Under the pieces are notes generated by a model. That model ran no database searches. It was given only the letters and a program-made list of their open reading frames with translations, and was not told the DNA's origin. A DNA stretch of 30,149 bases from assembly GCA_044352465.1 (NCBI GenBank), contig JBILDU010000030.1, positions 1 to 30,149 of the forward strand. The letters run 5' to 3'. A program made the translations under genes and the position numbers. Positions 26,763-30,149 of this stretch are shown one piece after another (within the stretch, counting starts at the first letter, position 1; every line of letters starts with the position of its first letter). The DNA is from Bdellovibrionota bacterium (GTDB lineage: Bacteria > Bdellovibrionota_C > UBA2361).

Positions 26763-27200
26763 CTACATATTACGGTCGTCGGAGACTCCGAAGGTGGGGT
26801 CGACCTTGTCACGCAAAAATGCCACCAAATCGAGGCTACTTTGAGGATCCAGGATCTCGGAGAACTCCTCCGGCGAGATCGTCACATAACGAATCCCCGC
26901 CGCCTCGAGGAGCGGCGGGAGATAGCGCTGATGTTCCGCCTCCGTGGGATCGATGAATCGTTCGAACCCTGAAAAAAACTCGATGACAAGCCGGGGATTA
27001 TCATCAGCATCAACGACGGTGAATAAACATCGATTACTCTCGGCCCAAAGGCGTAGCGCCGCCGCATCAACGCTCGCTGGAACCGGCAACTCACCACCGC
27101 ACACCGAAATTACTCGCATCTGCGGCACAACACGCTCCCCTCCAAAAAGACCGCTGAGGAGGCGGAAGAGTTGCGCTTCTTGGAGAGAAAGATTCACCAT
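26763..27200 (-). CDS. DUF2726/DUF559-like (Vsr/restriction-endonuclease fold) protein with an apparently degenerate active site
   Basis: ATG at 27200 with GAGG upstream, and the pattern E..LF.LL...VVPQ...F.VVD...P.LVIE...L.AAGI.YV.I. Confidence 0.55.
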   Translation of the reverse strand: MVNLSLQEAQLFRLLSGLFGGERVVPQMRVISVCGGELPVPASVDAAALRLWAESNRCLFTVVDADDNPRLVIEFFSGFERFIDPTEAEHQRYLPPLLEAAGIRYVTISPEEFSEILDPQSSLDLVAFLRDKVDPTFGVSDDRNM

Positions 27201-27440
27201 ATCCGACCTCGATACCTGTATTGACAGTATCTCACGCGTTGGCTCACGGCACAAAAAAAATGCGGCCACCACCTCCGCAATCGCGAGAAAAACTGGGGGC
27301 TCCCTATATCCCGGCCCCATATAGGGGCATAGTGCTGCGGTGTTTCTTTCGAATTTCCCCCCAGTTATGCTACATCTAGTGAGGTGCTGAGCAACTCCGG
27401 CAGAGTTGAAAAAGAGTGAGCACCGAGGGAACCTCTCGCT

Positions 27441-27953
27441 ATGACCGTCCGAAATTTAGTAATCTATCCCGATGCGCGGCTGAAAGAGCAATGCGACGAC
27501 GTGACCACATTCGACGCCGAGCTACATAATCTTCTTGACGACATGCTCGAGACGATGATTGCAGCGGTCGGTATCGGGCTCGCGGCGCCCCAAATCGGTA
27601 TCCAGAAACGGGTGACGGTGATCGACGTTTCAGAGGAGCAGAATCAACCGATCGAGCTCATCAACCCCACGATCGTGGCACGCTCCGGCTCGGTCTCCTC
27701 AGAGGAGGGATGTTTGAGCATTCCGCGTTACCGCGACACTATCACCCGCAGCGCCACGGTAACGGTCAAAGCCCAGGATCGTCACGGGGGTTGGTTCGAA
27801 CTGCAGGGGGAGGGGCTCTTATCGATGTGCCTGCAGCACGAGATCGACCACCTAAACGGGGTACTTTTTGTGGACCACCTGAGCCGCATCAAGCGTGATT
27901 TTTTCAAGCGATGGCTCAAGAAGCAGGGGGGCGTGTTGTTGCCAGAGGAATAG
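27441..27953 (+). CDS. def: Peptide deformylase
   Basis: GIGLAAPQ, EGCLS and QHEIDHLNG. Confidence 0.98.
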   Translation: MTVRNLVIYPDARLKEQCDDVTTFDAELHNLLDDMLETMIAAVGIGLAAPQIGIQKRVTVIDVSEEQNQPIELINPTIVARSGSVSSEEGCLSIPRYRDTITRSATVTVKAQDRHGGWFELQGEGLLSMCLQHEIDHLNGVLFVDHLSRIKRDFFKRWLKKQGGVLLPEE

Positions 27954-28049
27954 CTCCGGGGGGGGGGGTGGATCGCCGTCTTTTCTTTCCTGCAGCTCCC
28001 CTGATTCTACGAGACGATAACTAGACCACCGCACACAACTGTCGGCTTT

Positions 28050-29018
28050 ATGAATGAATCGCGTCCCCGCATCGTTTTCTTCGGTACCCCTGAGTTCGCC
28101 GCCGTCGGCTTACGCACACTACTCGACATGCCGACCCTCAGCGTTGGTGCGGTCGTTACCCAACCCGATCGCCCCGCTGGACGGGGCAACAAGCTACACA
28201 GCTCCCCCGTTAAACTATTGGCGGTCGAGCGGGGCATTCCGGTTCTACAGCCGGAACGGATTCGTAAGGCGGAGCAAGCATTCCTCGATGAGCTTACTCC
28301 ATTCGGCCCGTTCGACCTCGGGGTCGTGATCGCTTTTGGACAGATCCTCCCCCAATCGGTACTCGATCTGCCACGACGGGGTTGCATCAACGTGCACGGA
28401 TCACTCCTACCCCGGTGGCGCGGCGCAGCTCCGATCCAACGGGCAATGATGAGCGGCGACGCGGAAACCGGGGTATGCCTCATGCAGATGGAGGCAGGGC
28501 TGGACACCGGCCCGGTATTCTCCGAAAGCCGCACACCGATCGAATCGGGAGATACCTTTCGCTCGCTTCACGACAGACTCGCTCACGGCGGCGCGGAGCT
28601 CCTGAGACGCGACATCCTCTCGATAGTTGATGGCTCGCTCACGAGCAGGCCGCAGCCGGTGGAGGGCGTGACCTACGCTCATAAGATTACGGCGGCTGAT
28701 CAGATCATCAACTGGTCGAAAAGTGCTGACGAAATAGCTCATCTCATCCGCGCCCTCGATCCCGCCCCCGGCGCGACCACATTCCTTGAGGGTCGCCGGG
28801 TAAAGCTTTTTTCTCCGGAGATTCAAAGCACTCCCCTCCTCCCCCCCGGCGCTCTCGACGTCTCAAGTGGTCATCTTCGCATCGGTTGCGGCACCGGCGT
28901 CCTCGCCCCCCAAGAGGCTCAACCGGAGGGGAAACGCCGCATGACGACGCGCGAGTGGCTGAACGGAGTGGTAGTTGCCCCAGGAACGGTTCTGACCGAA
29001 GAGATAAGGAAGGATTGA
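28050..29018 (+). CDS. fmt: Methionyl-tRNA formyltransferase
   Basis: FFGTPEFA, TQPDRPAGRG, INVHGSLLPRWRGAAPIQ and MEAGLDTG; directly follows def. Confidence 0.97.
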   Translation: MNESRPRIVFFGTPEFAAVGLRTLLDMPTLSVGAVVTQPDRPAGRGNKLHSSPVKLLAVERGIPVLQPERIRKAEQAFLDELTPFGPFDLGVVIAFGQILPQSVLDLPRRGCINVHGSLLPRWRGAAPIQRAMMSGDAETGVCLMQMEAGLDTGPVFSESRTPIESGDTFRSLHDRLAHGGAELLRRDILSIVDGSLTSRPQPVEGVTYAHKITAADQIINWSKSADEIAHLIRALDPAPGATTFLEGRRVKLFSPEIQSTPLLPPGALDVSSGHLRIGCGTGVLAPQEAQPEGKRRMTTREWLNGVVVAPGTVLTEEIRKD

Positions 29019-29045
29019 CGGTCAAGCAGTCCATCGCCGTATAAT
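29015..29045 (+). promoter_or_regulatory. Internal promoter for rpe-plsY
   Basis: TTGACG (29015-29020), 19-bp spacer, perfect TATAAT (29040-29045). Confidence 0.45.
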
Positions 29046-29077
29046 ACGGACGACCGCCTACGAGCTCGATAACCGCT

Positions 29078-29749
29078 ATGTCTGCACATAATTCAATCAT
29101 CGTAGCACCCTCCATCCTGGCGGCTGACTTTGGCGACCTCCGTAACGAGATCGCTTCGGTCGAGCGAGCGGGAGCCGACTGGCTCCATATCGACGTCATG
29201 GATGGCTCCTTCGTGCCTCCGATTACATTCGGTGACAACGTTGTTCGGATCGCCCGCGCGACCTCGAAGCTCTTTCTTGATGTGCATCTTATGATCGTTG
29301 AGCCGGAGCAACATCTCGGTGCTTTTAAGGATGCCGGTGCCGATCGAATCATCGTCCATCAAGAGGCGTGTACCCATCTCCATCGAACCCTCCTGGGCAT
29401 TAAGCAACTCGGCATCACCAACGGCGTCGCGATAAACCCCGGTACCCCAGTGCAAGCGATCTTCGACGTTCTCGATGTCTGCGATCTTGTCTTGGTCATG
29501 ACGGTGAATCCCGGCTGGGGTGGACAACCGTTTATCGCCTCCACCCTCGACAAGATTACCGTACTGAGCACGGAAATAGCTCGCCGGAAGCTTCGAGTAG
29601 ACATCGAAGTAGACGGCGGAATTAACGACGATACCGCCCGACGATGTGTCGCGGCTGGAGCGCGCGCTCTGGTCGCCGGGAGCTGGATCTTCAACCATAA
29701 AGATCGCGCCCACGCCATCTCATCGCTTCGCGCCCTCGGACCGCGCTGA
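29078..29749 (+). CDS. rpe: Ribulose-phosphate 3-epimerase
   Basis: APSILAADF, HIDVMDG.FVP, DVHLM, MTVNPG.GGQ, EVDGGI and VAGS. Confidence 0.97.
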   Translation: MSAHNSIIVAPSILAADFGDLRNEIASVERAGADWLHIDVMDGSFVPPITFGDNVVRIARATSKLFLDVHLMIVEPEQHLGAFKDAGADRIIVHQEACTHLHRTLLGIKQLGITNGVAINPGTPVQAIFDVLDVCDLVLVMTVNPGWGGQPFIASTLDKITVLSTEIARRKLRVDIEVDGGINDDTARRCVAAGARALVAGSWIFNHKDRAHAISSLRALGPR

Positions 29750-29795
29750 TGTTTTTGAGTGGGCAGACGAGCCCGGGGAGGTTGAAGAGCCCGCG

Positions 29796-30149
29796 ATGAC
29801 CACCGCAACAACTATCGTTTTTACAACAGCATCGCTCCTCCCCTTCTATCTTATCGGCGCTTTTCCCACCGGCCATCTCGTGGCACGCGCGCAGGGAGTC
29901 GCGATCGAAGAACACGGCAGCGGTAATGTCGGCGCGACAAACGTGCTACGAACACTCGGAAAAAAAGCCGGGGCCCTCACCTTCGGCGGGGATTTTCTGA
30001 AAGGTCTCCTTGCGGCTGCGATTGGCACAGCGCTCGGGGGGCCAGCGTATGGGGCTTACGCTGGCGCTACGGCAGTGCTTGGGCACTGTTTCTCGATACC
30101 CGGAAAGTTGCGGGGGGGGAAAGGGGTTGCCACCGCTTTTGGAGTCTTT
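29796..30149 (+). CDS. plsY: Glycerol-3-phosphate acyltransferase PlsY, 3'-truncated by the window edge (not in the ORF track)
   Basis: Manual translation gives MTTATT...YLIGAFPTG...HGSGNVGATNVLR.LGKK...DFLKG...LGH.FS...GGKGVAT. Confidence 0.93.
   Translation, partial: MTTATTIVFTTASLLPFYLIGAFPTGHLVARAQGVAIEEHGSGNVGATNVLRTLGKKAGALTFGGDFLKGLLAAAIGTALGGPAYGAYAGATAVLGHCFSIPGKLRGGKGVATAFGVF

Overview
Chromosomal window from a GC-rich Gram-negative bacterium (TolC and several lipoproteins are present); the exact lineage cannot be established from this sequence. It is mostly housekeeping and envelope genes. Translation-related genes: ettA, rlmJ, a TrmJ-type methyltransferase, a DEAD-box helicase, a GGQ mini release factor, def and fmt. 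Other housekeeping genes: msrB, purC, rpe and a partial plsY. Envelope or secreted products: a partial Wzx-like flippase, BON and TPR lipoproteins, an S8 protease, TolC and a GT-C-like membrane protein. There is also an HDAC-family deacylase, a Gfo/Idh/MocA oxidoreductase and several hypothetical genes. I saw no rRNA, tRNA, CRISPR array, transposase or prophage. Best candidates for something new: (i) a divergent class II (CCA/poly(A)-type) nucleotidyltransferase lacking the EDxxR template motif, upstream of msrB, which overlaps a C12orf65-like GGQ factor; (ii) two inverted ~61-bp palindromic elements bounded by CTAG with compensatory base changes, plus a separate CTAA-flanked 46-bp MITE-like element; (iii) a strongly HDAC11-like bacterial deacylase. 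All family assignments come from motif recognition by eye, not from database searches.
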